From NCBI GenBank assembly GCA_963783375.1, contig CAWANH010000028.1, positions 1,976,327-2,040,326 of the forward strand: a stretch of DNA of 64,000 nucleotides, given 5' to 3'. This document shows, piece after piece, positions 46,389 to 57,876 of the stretch. The notes beneath the pieces were generated by a model. It saw nothing but the letters and a program-made list of their open reading frames with translations. It was not told where the DNA came from and ran no database searches. This stretch comes from Candidatus Eiseniibacteriota bacterium. GTDB taxonomy: Bacteria > Eisenbacteria > RBG-16-71-46 > JABDJR01. Positions within the stretch are counted from its first letter, which is position 1. Every line of letters starts with the position of its first letter. The translations under genes and the position numbers were made by a program.

Positions 46389-46392
<4 letters not shown>
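44890..46392 (-). CDS. mmsA: CoA-acylating (methyl)malonate-semialdehyde dehydrogenase
   Basis: GTG 46392 overlaps the NCS1 stop. TPFNFP, LKPSE, FVGST, GGAKNH, GCAGQRCMA, EEIFGP, INIG-like VNIGVPVP. Confidence 0.87.
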
Positions 46393-47891
<1,499 letters not shown>

Positions 47892-47894
47892 GGG

Positions 47895-49295
47895 CTACCT
47901 CAGGAGCTCCCCGTTCCGGGCCCGCTCGAGGAAGCGCCCCCCTCCCTCGGTCACCAGCCGGTCCTTCTCCACGATCACCCGGCCGCGGGAGATCACCACC
48001 TCGGGAAAGCCCTTCAGCTCGAAGCCCTCGTAGGCGCTGTAGTCCACCCGCATGTGGTGGGTGGCCGGGTTTTCGATGCCGATGGTCTCGGTCCGCTCGG
48101 GATCGAAGACCACGATGTCCGCGTCGCTCCCCACCGCGATGGTGCCCTTCCGGGGGAAGAGCCCGAAGGTCTTGGCCGCCGCGGTCGAGGTCAGCTCCAC
48201 GAACCGGTTGAGGCCGATCCGGCCCCGGCCCACCCCGGCGGTGTAGATGAGGGGCAGGCGGTTCTCGACCCCCGGGGCGCCGTTGGGGATCTTGGTGAAG
48301 GTGGAGAGCCCCAGCTCCTTCTGGTCCTTGAAGCAGAAGGGGCAGTGGTCGGTGGCCACGCTGGCCAGGTGGCCGAAGCGGAGCCCGTCCCAGAGCGCCT
48401 CCTGGTTCCACTTCTCGCGAAGCGCCGGGGTCATCACCCACTTGGCCCCCTCGAAGCCCTCCCGCTCGTAGTAGCTCTCGTCGAGGAGGAGGTACTGGGG
48501 ACAGGTCTCGGCCATCACGTCCACCCCGCGGTCGCGGGCCCGCTTGACCTCCTCCAGGGCGTCGGCGCTGGAGAGGTGGACGATGTAGAGGGGCACCCGG
48601 GCCACCTCGGCGATGGCGATGGATCGGTACACCCCTTCCGCCTCCATCCGGGTGGGGCGGGTGCGGGCGTGCCAGATGGGGGCGGTCTTCCCCTCGGCCA
48701 CCGCCCGCTTGATGATCTCGTCGATGACGATCCCGTTCTCCGCGTGCATGGAGATCCGGGTGCCGTTCTCGCCGGCCTGGCGGAAGGCCCGGTAGAGGGT
48801 GCCGTCGTCCACGTAGAGGACGCCGGGGTAGGCCATGAAGAGCTTGTAGCTGGTCACCCCGGCCTCGGCCAGGCGGTTCATCTCCGGCAGGCGCTCGTCG
48901 GGCATGTCGGTGACGATCATGTGGAAGCCGTAGTCGATGGTGGCCTTCCCCTCGGCCTTGGCGTGCCAGGCGTCGAGCCCCTCGAGGGTCGACTTCCCCT
49001 TGGTCTGGATGGCGAAGTCGATGATGGTGGTCGTGCCCCCGAAGGCCGCGGCCTTGGTTCCGGTGTCGAAGTCGTCCGCGGACATGGTGCCGCCGAAGGG
49101 CATGTCCATGTGGGTGTGGGGGTCGATCCCCCCCGGGATCACCAGCTTCCCGGAGGCGTCGATCACCCGGTCCGCGGGGCGGTCCAGGTTCCGGCCGATG
49201 GCCGTGACGGTCTCTCCCTCCACGTAGACGTCGGCGATGTAGTCGTCCACCGCGGTGATCACGCGGCCGTTCCGGATCAAAAGTGTCTTGGCCAT
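47895..49295 (-). CDS. hydA: Dihydropyrimidinase
   Basis: PGGIDPHTH, SYKLFMAY, HAENG, ETCPQYL, TDHCPF. ATG 49295 after GGAG. Confidence 0.92.
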   Translation of the reverse strand: MAKTLLIRNGRVITAVDDYIADVYVEGETVTAIGRNLDRPADRVIDASGKLVIPGGIDPHTHMDMPFGGTMSADDFDTGTKAAAFGGTTTIIDFAIQTKGKSTLEGLDAWHAKAEGKATIDYGFHMIVTDMPDERLPEMNRLAEAGVTSYKLFMAYPGVLYVDDGTLYRAFRQAGENGTRISMHAENGIVIDEIIKRAVAEGKTAPIWHARTRPTRMEAEGVYRSIAIAEVARVPLYIVHLSSADALEEVKRARDRGVDVMAETCPQYLLLDESYYEREGFEGAKWVMTPALREKWNQEALWDGLRFGHLASVATDHCPFCFKDQKELGLSTFTKIPNGAPGVENRLPLIYTAGVGRGRIGLNRFVELTSTAAAKTFGLFPRKGTIAVGSDADIVVFDPERTETIGIENPATHHMRVDYSAYEGFELKGFPEVVISRGRVIVEKDRLVTEGGGRFLERARNGELLR

Positions 49296-49308
49296 GATCG
49301 CGCTCTCC

Positions 49309-50175
49309 TCAGTGCTGAACGAGTTCGTCGTAGGCCTCGGGGCGGCGATCACGGTAGAACTGCCAGACCTTGCGGACCTCGTCGATCATCGACAGGTCCA
49401 GGTCCGCCGTGACCAGCTCGTCCTGGTCTTCCGAACCCTCGGCGAGGAACTCCCCCCGCGGGTTCACGAAATAGCTCGAGCCGTAGAATTTCCCGATGTT
49501 CCAGGGGGCCTCGGTCCCCACCCGGTTGCTGGCCCCCACGAAGTAGCCGTTGGCCACCGCGTGCGCCGGCTGCTCGAGCCGCCAGAGATACTGGCTCAAG
49601 CCGGCCACGGTGGCGCTGGGATTGAACACGATCTCCGCCCCGTTCAGCCCCAGGCAGCGGGCCCCCTCGGGGAAGTGGCGGTCGTAGCAGATGTAGACCC
49701 CCACCTTGGCGTAGGCGGTGTCGAAGACCGGGTAGCCGCCGTCCCCCGGCTTGAAGAAGTACTTCTCCCAGAACCCGGCGGTGTGGGGGATGTGCTGCTT
49801 CCGGTACTTTCCCATGTAGGTCCCGTCGGCGTCGATCACCGCGGCGCTGTTGTAGTAGACCCCGCGCATGGCCTCTTCGTAGACCGGGACGACCAGGACC
49901 ATCCGGTGCTTGCGGGCGAACTCCTGCATCAGCTCGGTGGTGGGGCCGGGAATGGGCTCGGCGGCGTCGTACCAGCGCTTGTCCTGGCTGGGGCAGAAGT
50001 AGGGGCCGTTGAAGATCTCCTGGAGGCAGAGGATCTGGACCCCCTTCTTGGCGGCTTCCTCGATGAAGGGAAGGTGTTTGTCCAGCATCGCCTTCTGGAT
50101 CTCGGCGATCGGCCGGCTCTCGTCGTTGATCGGGTTCGAGCACTGGATGAGCCCGCATCTGACGGTCTGACTCAT
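49309..50175 (-). CDS. Nitrilase-family beta-ureidopropionase (beta-alanine synthase)
   Basis: CLQE, YRKQHIP, FWEKYFF, ICYDRHFPE catalytic E-K-C triad. ATG 50175 after GAGGAG. Confidence 0.88.
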   Translation of the reverse strand: MSQTVRCGLIQCSNPINDESRPIAEIQKAMLDKHLPFIEEAAKKGVQILCLQEIFNGPYFCPSQDKRWYDAAEPIPGPTTELMQEFARKHRMVLVVPVYEEAMRGVYYNSAAVIDADGTYMGKYRKQHIPHTAGFWEKYFFKPGDGGYPVFDTAYAKVGVYICYDRHFPEGARCLGLNGAEIVFNPSATVAGLSQYLWRLEQPAHAVANGYFVGASNRVGTEAPWNIGKFYGSSYFVNPRGEFLAEGSEDQDELVTADLDLSMIDEVRKVWQFYRDRRPEAYDELVQH

Positions 50176-50444
50176 GGTTCCGCTCCTCGTGCCAGGGGTT
50201 CGATAGGGGGGCGGAGCATCCGGGGTCGCCGGGCGGTCGGGCATCGGCGCCGCATCACCGCCCCCCATTCAATTTTGGTGCATAGGAATCTACATCATCG
50301 AGGGGCCGAGGGTCACAAAAACTACCATTCAAATCGACCCGCCGCCCGTTCAAGAGGCGATCCCTCAGGGACTTCCGGGAGGGTAGGCCGGCCGGTGGGC
50401 CGCGGGACGGGAGGAAGCCGCGGGCCGGGTGTCCCCGGCGGAGT

Positions 50445-50468
50445 TTTCATGGAACCGTTTCCATGAAA
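50445..50468. promoter_or_regulatory. LacI/GalR-type operator-like palindrome
   Basis: TTTCATGGAACC|GTTTCCATGAAA, 24 bp with one mismatched pair and a TGnAAnCGnTTnCA core, in the divergent intergenic region. Confidence 0.6.
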
Positions 50469-50641
50469 CCTGTGTATTCGAGTCGTGATTCGGCGGCGGC
50501 GCGGGCTTGCGCCGGGGAAGCGGGGACTCGTTCCGGCTTCCGGCCGCGAATCCGTCGGTCAAGCAATCGATCGGGCGGCGGTCTCCACAGGGCATGGCCG
50601 CGCCCGCTCCCCTCAGGACAACCGGTGGAGGCCCCTCCCCG

Positions 50642-51145
50642 ATGAAACATCGCTGTTTCGTGATTCTGTTGGTAGGCCTCATGGCGCCGGCCCTCCCGGC
50701 CCTCGCCGAGAACGCATCCACGTCCGGGAAATCCCCGACGGCGCCCCACTTCAAGCTCCCCACCGACCGGGGAACCGTCGACTCCGACTCGCTCCGTGGC
50801 AACGTGGTTCTCGTGGATTTCTGGGCCTCCTGGTGCGGGCCGTGCGCGCAGTCGTTTCCGTGGTTGCGGGCGATGGACGCGCGGTTCGCGGGGAAGGGGC
50901 TCCGCATCGTGGCCATCAACCTCGACAAGAAGCACGAAGCGGCCGAGGGGTTCCTCCGGAAGCACGTGGCCCCGTTCACCGTGGCCTTCGATCCACTGGG
51001 AAAGACCGCCGAGGCGTTCCAGGTGCCGGGCATGCCCACCAGCTTCCTGATCGATTCCGAGGGGAAGATCCTCTACTCCCACGTCGGGTTCGATCCCAGG
51101 AAGACCGGGGACCTGGAAGCGCTCATCGCGAAGGAGTGCCCATGA
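50642..51145 (+). CDS. TlpA-family thiol:disulfide oxidoreductase
   Basis: GGAGG RBS, signal peptide, DFWASWCGPC, GMPTSFLID. Confidence 0.9.
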   Translation: MKHRCFVILLVGLMAPALPALAENASTSGKSPTAPHFKLPTDRGTVDSDSLRGNVVLVDFWASWCGPCAQSFPWLRAMDARFAGKGLRIVAINLDKKHEAAEGFLRKHVAPFTVAFDPLGKTAEAFQVPGMPTSFLIDSEGKILYSHVGFDPRKTGDLEALIAKECP

Positions 51146-51378
51146 AACGCGGGGTGAGGATCGTCATCTGGGCGGGGTTGCTCGGCCTTTCCGGCGCCCT
51201 CTTCGGGGGCTGCGCCGCGATGCGGGTGCATCCCTGGGACCGCGACCTCTTGGCCCAGCCCCAGATGAGCTTCGACCCGGTTCCGATGCTGGGCGCCATC
51301 GACGAACACATCTACTTCAGCACCGAGGGATCGACCGGCGGACAGGAGGTCGGCGGGGGCGGGTGCGGATGCAACTAG
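51142..51378 (+). CDS. DUF4266-family small lipoprotein
   Basis: Lipobox-like FGGC, VHPWDR, C-terminal GGGGCGCN. ATGA overlap with tlpA. Confidence 0.82.
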   Translation: MKRGVRIVIWAGLLGLSGALFGGCAAMRVHPWDRDLLAQPQMSFDPVPMLGAIDEHIYFSTEGSTGGQEVGGGGCGCN

Positions 51379-52619
51379 GCTCCTCCGGCGTCCGCGGCCG
51401 GCTGAGCGCGGCGGCCTGCCTGCTCCTGGCCTCGGGGGCGGGAACCGCCCGCGCCGCCACCCCCATCAAGTGGCAGTTCGAGGGCTCCGGGCTCCTCTAC
51501 GGGGAACAGGGGCGGGCGAACGTGGTCGAGCCGACGGGCCGGATCACCCGGCTCTTCGCCGACGGCCAGACCCTCTCCGCCACCCTGGGCATCGACGCCA
51601 TCACCGGCGCCTCGCCCACCGGGGCCATCCCCACCACCACCATCCAGACCACCACCACGCCGTCCGGGAACATCCGGACCATTCCGGTGGGGACCGTCCC
51701 CACCAACAAGTTCAAGGACGCCCGCGGGGTTCTCGACCTGGCCTGGACCAGGCCCTTCGGGGACCGGCTCACCACCACGCTCGGGACCCACCTCTCGCGG
51801 GAGAAGGACTACCGGTCGGTGGGGGCGAACGGGAAGATCTCGCTCAACCTGATGCACCGCCTGACCACGATCACGGTGGGGGGCGGATACAACCGGGACG
51901 GGGTCTTTCCCACCGGGGGGACCCGGGCGCCGCTCTCCGACGGCACGGTCATCATCGGGGTCGGCAGCAACCCCAAGTACGTGAGCACCCTGCTCCTCGG
52001 CGCCTCGCGCGTTCTCACCCGGCGCTGGATGATCGGGCTGGATGCCACCCGGACCTACGAGCGGGGGTACCTGACCGAGCCCTACAAGGTGATCAGCCGG
52101 GTGGATTCGCTGAGCGGGGACCCGATCGGGGTGCTGACCGAGAAGCGCCCCTCGACGCGGGACCGCCGGGACGTGCTGGCCAGCTCGGTCTATCACTTCG
52201 AGACCGACGTCCTCTACGCCTCGGACCGGTACTACTGGGACGACTGGGGGATCCGCTCCAACACCGTCGATCTCCGGTACCGCCACGAGCTGGAGCAGCA
52301 TCGCTACGTCGAGCCGCACGTGCGCTATTACATCCAGACCCGGGCCAATTTCTTTCGCTATTTCCTCCGGGACGGGGCCGCGACTCCGGATTACGCGTCC
52401 TCCGACGCCCGGCTGGGTCCGCTTCAATCGGTGACCCTGGGCGCCACCTACGGGTTCAGGATCCCCGACCAGCCGGGGGAGTGGCGGGTCCGCGCCGAGT
52501 ACCTGCGCCAGTGGGGAAAGGCGCATCCGGAGGAAGCGTTCGGGAGCCAGCGGATGACCAACATGTCGCCGCCGGTCAACATCGGCTCCCTGGCCGTCGT
52601 CTACTCCCTGAAGTTCTGA
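51363..52619 (+). CDS. DUF3570-family outer-membrane beta-barrel protein
   Basis: MQL start (alternative ATG 51369), DAITGASP, EKDYRS, GYLTEPYK, YYWDDWG, terminal Phe; conserved position after DUF4266. Confidence 0.8.
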   Translation: MRMQLGSSGVRGRLSAAACLLLASGAGTARAATPIKWQFEGSGLLYGEQGRANVVEPTGRITRLFADGQTLSATLGIDAITGASPTGAIPTTTIQTTTTPSGNIRTIPVGTVPTNKFKDARGVLDLAWTRPFGDRLTTTLGTHLSREKDYRSVGANGKISLNLMHRLTTITVGGGYNRDGVFPTGGTRAPLSDGTVIIGVGSNPKYVSTLLLGASRVLTRRWMIGLDATRTYERGYLTEPYKVISRVDSLSGDPIGVLTEKRPSTRDRRDVLASSVYHFETDVLYASDRYYWDDWGIRSNTVDLRYRHELEQHRYVEPHVRYYIQTRANFFRYFLRDGAATPDYASSDARLGPLQSVTLGATYGFRIPDQPGEWRVRAEYLRQWGKAHPEEAFGSQRMTNMSPPVNIGSLAVVYSLKF

Positions 52620-52628
52620 GCCGCCTGC

Positions 52629-53552
52629 ATGCCCAGAGACACCGAACTCTCCAACCCCCGGCATGCAGGCGGCGCTCCGCCGTCCCGGGTCGACGACTAC
52701 TTCGCCGGCGGCTTCACCGCCATGGCCAGCCCCTGCCAGATCCTGGTGGACACCGACGACCCGGCGGAAGCCGAAGCGCTGGTCCGGGTCGCCGAAGCCG
52801 AAGCGCTCCGGATCGAGCGGAAGTTCAGCCGCTACCGGGACGACAACGTCGTCCACCGGATCAACCGTTCGGGGGGGCGGCCGGTCGCGGTGGACGAAGA
52901 GGCCGCGCTGCTGCTGGACTACGGCGCCACCTGCTTCGAGGTCTCGGACGGGATGTTCGACCTCACCTCGGGGGTGCTCCGGCGCCTCTGGACCTTCGAC
53001 GGCGGCGACCGCGTCCCCTCCGAGCGCGCGGTGCGCGAGATGCTGGACCTGGTGGGCTGGGACCGGGTGGAGTGGGACGGGAGCGCCCTCACCCTCCCCG
53101 CGGGGATGGAGATCGACTTCGGGGGGATCGGGAAGGAGTACGCGGTGGACCGGGCGGCGGGGCTCCTGGCCGGGCGCACCGGCCGGGCGTTCCTGGTCAA
53201 CTTCGGCGGCGACCTGTTCGCCAGCGGCGAGCGGCGGGGAGGACGGCCCTGGGGGATCGGGGTCGACGATCCCTCGCGGACCGGCGAAGGCACCCTCTCC
53301 CGCATCGACCTCGTCCGGGGCGGCATCGCCACCACCGGCGACGCCCGCCGCTACGTGATGTGGCGGGGCCGGCGGCTGAGCCACATCCTGAACCCCAAGA
53401 CCGGTTGGCCGGTGGTGGAGGCGCCCCGGGCGGTCACGGTGCTGGCCGGGACCTGCCTCGAGGCGGGGACGCTCTCCACCCTGGCCTACCTCCGGGGCCC
53501 CGGCGCGCGCGGGTTCCTGGAGGAACAGGGGGTGCGATTCCGGGTGGTTTGA
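52629..53552 (+). CDS. apbE: FAD:protein FMN transferase
   Basis: FSRYR, SDGMFDLT, DFGGIGKEYAVD, NFGGD, HILNPKTGWP. Confidence 0.88.
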   Translation: MPRDTELSNPRHAGGAPPSRVDDYFAGGFTAMASPCQILVDTDDPAEAEALVRVAEAEALRIERKFSRYRDDNVVHRINRSGGRPVAVDEEAALLLDYGATCFEVSDGMFDLTSGVLRRLWTFDGGDRVPSERAVREMLDLVGWDRVEWDGSALTLPAGMEIDFGGIGKEYAVDRAAGLLAGRTGRAFLVNFGGDLFASGERRGGRPWGIGVDDPSRTGEGTLSRIDLVRGGIATTGDARRYVMWRGRRLSHILNPKTGWPVVEAPRAVTVLAGTCLEAGTLSTLAYLRGPGARGFLEEQGVRFRVV

Positions 53553-53605
53553 TTTCCCTTCACCGGTGACCTAGAATGCGGCGTATTGCACGGGTGCAGT
53601 GGGGG

Positions 53606-54677
53606 ATGAATGCCATGTCGCCTTCCCGATACCGTCTGCTCGTCCTGATCGCCCCGGCCCTGGGGCTTTTTTCCTGCAGCTTTCCTTCCGACGCGCCCAT
53701 CTGGGACACGCGCTGGGTCCTCCCCACCGACCGCACCACGGTCGAGGTCTCGGAATTCCTCCCCGACGGGGTCTCGGTGACGCCGGACGGGCAGACACTT
53801 CTCGGTGGCCGTCGATCCCTTCGATTTCTCCGAGACCCTGGGGGACGTCTGCCCGGCCTGTGGCGCTTTCGACGGCCAGACGGTGCCCAAGCCGGCCTTC
53901 GCGAGCACCCTCGAGGGGACCGGCACCCTCCCCCAGGACATCGTCTCGGCGAACGTCGCCGCGTTGGAGGTCCAGGTCCGGATCACCAACGACTTCGGCT
54001 TCGACCCGATCCGGCCCCAGGCAGGGGTGTACGGGAGCCTGGGGCTCCGGCTCTACGGCGGGCCGAACGCAGAGACGTTGCTCGATGAGATCGTGATCGA
54101 CGGGGCGGCCCAGGCGTTTCCCTCCGGGACGAACCTCGACCGGACGGTGTCGGTCACGGGCGCGACGGTGGGGTCCACCTTCCGGGTGGAGCTGGCCATC
54201 GACTCCCCGGCCGGGGATCCGGTGACCGTGGACACCAGCGCCGGGGTTGCCGTCCACGTGACCCCGGAGACGGTGTTGATCTCCTCCGCGGTGGTGGAGG
54301 TGGCCGGACGCGAGGTCACGGTGGAGCCGGTGGAGCTGAACCTGGGGGACGTGGAGAGCGACCTGGTGGACCGGATCCAGTCCGGGGCGCTGGAGTTCCT
54401 GGTGGAGAACCCCGTCGGCGTCCCGGTGGATTTCCAGCTCCGGATCACCGGGGACTTCCCGGACATCGTGAAGCAGGCGAGCCTCTCGGGGGCGGCGAGC
54501 TCCACCACCCGGGTCGCCTTCACCCAGGACGAGCTGCAGACCTTTCTCGGCAAGGACGGGGTCATGCTCACCGGCACGGGGACGGTACCGGCGAACACAC
54601 CGGCGGCCACGGTGGCTCCGGAGGACACCCTGAAGATCAACACCCGGCTCGACGCCGTGCTCCGGATCGGGGAGTAG
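53606..54677 (+). CDS. Hypothetical lipoprotein (one-base frameshift near 53797)
   Basis: Lipobox LFSC in frame 53576. Removing one base near 53797 joins ORF 53805..54677 (DGQTFSVAVDPF...VCPAC). Confidence 0.65.
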
Positions 54678-54687
54678 GGGAGGGGCC

Positions 54688-55974
54688 ATGCGATGCGTGC
54701 GCGGTCTTCTGATGACGGTTCTGGCCGGGGCGGTCGCGGTATGCGGGACGGCGCGGGCCCAGCTCCCGAGCACGAGCCCGGCGTACCTCGGCACGGCCGG
54801 AAACTCCGCCGCCATGGCCCGGGGGTTCTCGGCGGTGGCGCTCAACCCGGCCAACCTGGGCCTTTCCGACAACCCCCGCTTCTCCCTCACGGTGATCCCG
54901 GTCCAGGCCCGGGCCGGGCTCGGGCCGATCGGGTTCGGGAGCATCGCCGACTACGAGGGGAAGGTGATTCCGGAGTCCCGGAAGGCGGCGTGGTTGCGGG
55001 AGATCCAGAACGCGGGCGGGCTCACCGCGGACTCGGGGGCGGGGGCCTCGGCCGTGTGCCTATCGGCCGGACGGTTCGGCTTCCAGATCACCTCGGTGGC
55101 GAACGTGCGGGCCAAGCTCAACCCGGACGCCGCGGAGCTGGCCTTGTACGGGAACGCCGGACGGACGGGGAGCCCCCGGGACTACGATCTGCAGGGCTCG
55201 TGGGTGGACGGGTTCGCGGCCACGACCTTCGCTGCGAGCTACGCCATGCCGGTTTCGGTCGAGCTGGGCCCGGCGGGGTCGACGTTCGCGGTGGGGGTGA
55301 CGGCCAAGTACACGGTGGGGCACGCGCTGGTGGTGGCCCGGGACGCGGGGACCGCGGTCTCGAGCGATCCGGTGCGGGTGGATGTCCGGTTCCCGATGAT
55401 CGCCCCGGGCTCGGACTACGAGGGGGTGAACAGCGGGGACGGGTTCGGCCTGGACCTGGGGGCGGCCTGGCAGAGCGACGCCTGGACGGTGGGGGCCGCG
55501 ATCCGGAACGTGGTGCAGACCTTCAAGTGGGACCTGGCCGGGCACGCGTACCGGCCGGGGGAGGCGTTCTTCGACACCGACACCTCGTCCACCCAGTTCG
55601 ACGAGATGCCGCTCGCCGACGCGCCGGCGTTCCTCCGGAAGGCGGCGGACGAGCTGGGATTCGACCCCAAGGTGTCGGTGGCGGCGGCGTACCGCGCGCG
55701 GCCTGACCTGACCCTGTGCGGCGACTTCCGCCACCAGTTCGGGGACGGATTGCGGCTGGAGGAGAAGACCCACCTCGGGGCGGGGGCGGAGTTCCGGCCG
55801 GCGCCGCGGTTGCCCTTGCGGGCCGGCGCGGCGGTGGTGAACGGCGGAATGCAGTTCGCCGGGGGAGCCGGGGTGGAGTTCGGGGGGGTCAGACTGTCCG
55901 GCGCGGTGCTGGGCCAGACCGGCGACGAGGGCCTGACCGAGGCGGCGGTGGAGATCTCGTACGGGGCATGGTGA
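54688..55974 (+). CDS. Outer-membrane beta-barrel protein (DUF5723/FadL-like)
   Basis: GGAGG RBS, signal peptide, ARGFSAVALNPANLG, GFGLDLG, LPLRAG, aromatic C-terminus. Confidence 0.65.
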   Translation: MRCVRGLLMTVLAGAVAVCGTARAQLPSTSPAYLGTAGNSAAMARGFSAVALNPANLGLSDNPRFSLTVIPVQARAGLGPIGFGSIADYEGKVIPESRKAAWLREIQNAGGLTADSGAGASAVCLSAGRFGFQITSVANVRAKLNPDAAELALYGNAGRTGSPRDYDLQGSWVDGFAATTFAASYAMPVSVELGPAGSTFAVGVTAKYTVGHALVVARDAGTAVSSDPVRVDVRFPMIAPGSDYEGVNSGDGFGLDLGAAWQSDAWTVGAAIRNVVQTFKWDLAGHAYRPGEAFFDTDTSSTQFDEMPLADAPAFLRKAADELGFDPKVSVAAAYRARPDLTLCGDFRHQFGDGLRLEEKTHLGAGAEFRPAPRLPLRAGAAVVNGGMQFAGGAGVEFGGVRLSGAVLGQTGDEGLTEAAVEISYGAW

Positions 55975-56023
55975 GGACGGGCGCGGGGAGTGGCATGGAC
56001 GGGCCGCGAGGGGTAGGATAGCG

Positions 56024-57752
56024 ATGTCGAAACGGAGCGCGTGGTTCATCTTCGCGGCGGCGCTGATCCTGGCCGGATGCGGGAACGACAAGCCGCCTTC
56101 CCGGCCGGGCGAGGTGTTCAACCCGGTCACGATCGAGTTCATGAGCCAGTGGGGGGACGCCCCGTCCGGGGTGTTCCGCCGCGTCGAGGACCTGGCCCTG
56201 GACGCGACCGGGAACCTCTACCTGGCCGACAACGGCCTGGACCGGATCCAGAAGCTCGGGCCGGGCGGCGATCCGCTCGGGGTCTGGTACCGATCGGCCC
56301 GCGCCTCCCTCGGTGACGCCCCCCGGATCGACGTCGGTCCCGACGGGCGGGTGATACCTGAGCACGCTCCGCCAGATTCTTCGCTACGCCGCCGACGGCG
56401 GGTCCGAGACCGAGATCTACACGTCGCCACCGGGGATCCTGATCCTCGACGTGGTGGTGGGGCCGGAGGGGAACCTCTGGATCCTGACCTCCGGGGGCGA
56501 GAGCGAGCTGATCGAGCTCGACTCCGAGGGCGGGGAGCTTCAGCGGTGGACGGTCGCCCCGTCGGCGCTCTCGGCCGCCAGCAGCCGGATCGGCCTGGAC
56601 GGGGACGGGCTCGTCTACCTGCTCAAGGCTCCCCAGCCCCACGTCACGGTCTTCGGGGCGAGCGGGTCGGTCCTGGCCTCGTGGAACCTCCCGCCGACCG
56701 AGTTCACCGGAAAGATGTCCCTGGCGGTCAGCCCCGGGGGGACGATCTTCGTCCACGACAGCCGGAACAGCCGGGTCCTTAAGTACGCGTCCGACGGGGA
56801 GCTCCTGGCCGAGTGGCCCTACTCGCGGGACGAGCACCCCTGGCACGAGTCGATCGCCCTGGACGGCGGGGGACGGCCGTATCTCTACGACGCGGTCGCG
56901 GGGGCGGTGGACCGGCTGGACCCGGAGACCGGGGCGCCGGCGCGGATCGCCGCGAGCCTGGACGTGCCGTATCTCTTCTCCCCCGGCTCGATCGCGGTCG
57001 ACGGCGCGGGGCGGGTGATCGTCCAGGACTCCGGGGGGATCAAGGTCTTCCAGCGCGACGGGACGCCCATCCGGACGATCCCGGTGAGCTGGAGGCTCAT
57101 GGGGTATGACCGCGCCGGGGAGAGAATCGTGGGGCGGAGTTCCGACCCCGAGCGGCGGCTGCAGGCGGTGGACGTGGAGGGGAACCTGCTCCTGGACGTG
57201 GCGGCCCCGGGAAGCGGCTGCGACGTGGTGAAGGGGCCGGCGGTGGACAGCCGGGGGGTCATCTACATCGCGGTGGCGAGCTGTCTGGGGATCGCCCGGT
57301 ACGACGCGGCGGGCCGGGCGCTGGGCGCCTGGTACTACGGGCCGGACACGTCGTATCCGATGGCGCCGTGGGCGCTGGGGGTGGACGCCGAGGACCGGTT
57401 GCTGGTCCTCTCCCGGGGCCGCGGGGAGATCGTGAAGATCGCGAGCGACGGCCGGCGGGTGGGGGCGATCCCGCTCGAGCTGCCGCCGGAGGCGCACGGG
57501 ATCGACTCCTACGGGGACATCGCGGTGGACGCGGCCGGCCGGGTGTACCTGGTCGAGGCCACGATCGACCGGGTCCAGGTCTACGGCCCCGACGGGGGCC
57601 TCTTGGCGACCTGGGGGGGGTCGGGGGTCGGGGCCGGGCAGTTCCGCTATCCCCAGGGCATCACCGTCACCCCCGAGGGCACGGTGCTGGTCGCCGACCA
57701 GCAGAACCGGCGGGTGCAGGAGTTCCGGGTGACGGAGGTGGGGGGAGAGTAG
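56024..57752 (+). CDS. NHL-repeat beta-propeller lipoprotein (one-base frameshift at about 56354)
   Basis: Lipobox ILAGC. Repeats DLALDATGNLYLAD, IAVDGAGRVIV, QFRYPQGITV...RRVQEF. Deleting A56354 joins the two ORFs (DGRVYLSTLRQILRY). Confidence 0.75.
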
Positions 57753-57876
57753 CGACAGGGATCAGCCCGGCGGCATTCGTACTCTTCCACCTTCCGGGGA
57801 GCGGCTTGCCGCCGGCCCGAGATTCCTTCGGACCGGCGGCAACCGGGCTCCTCAAGCTACGGAAGAGTACCTAGCG

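Noticed and set aside
56352-56354. Second possible Sec UGA, in the NHL gene
   Set aside because: The upstream coding sequence is in a different frame, so this is a one-base insertion and not read-through; no SECIS-like hairpin seen.
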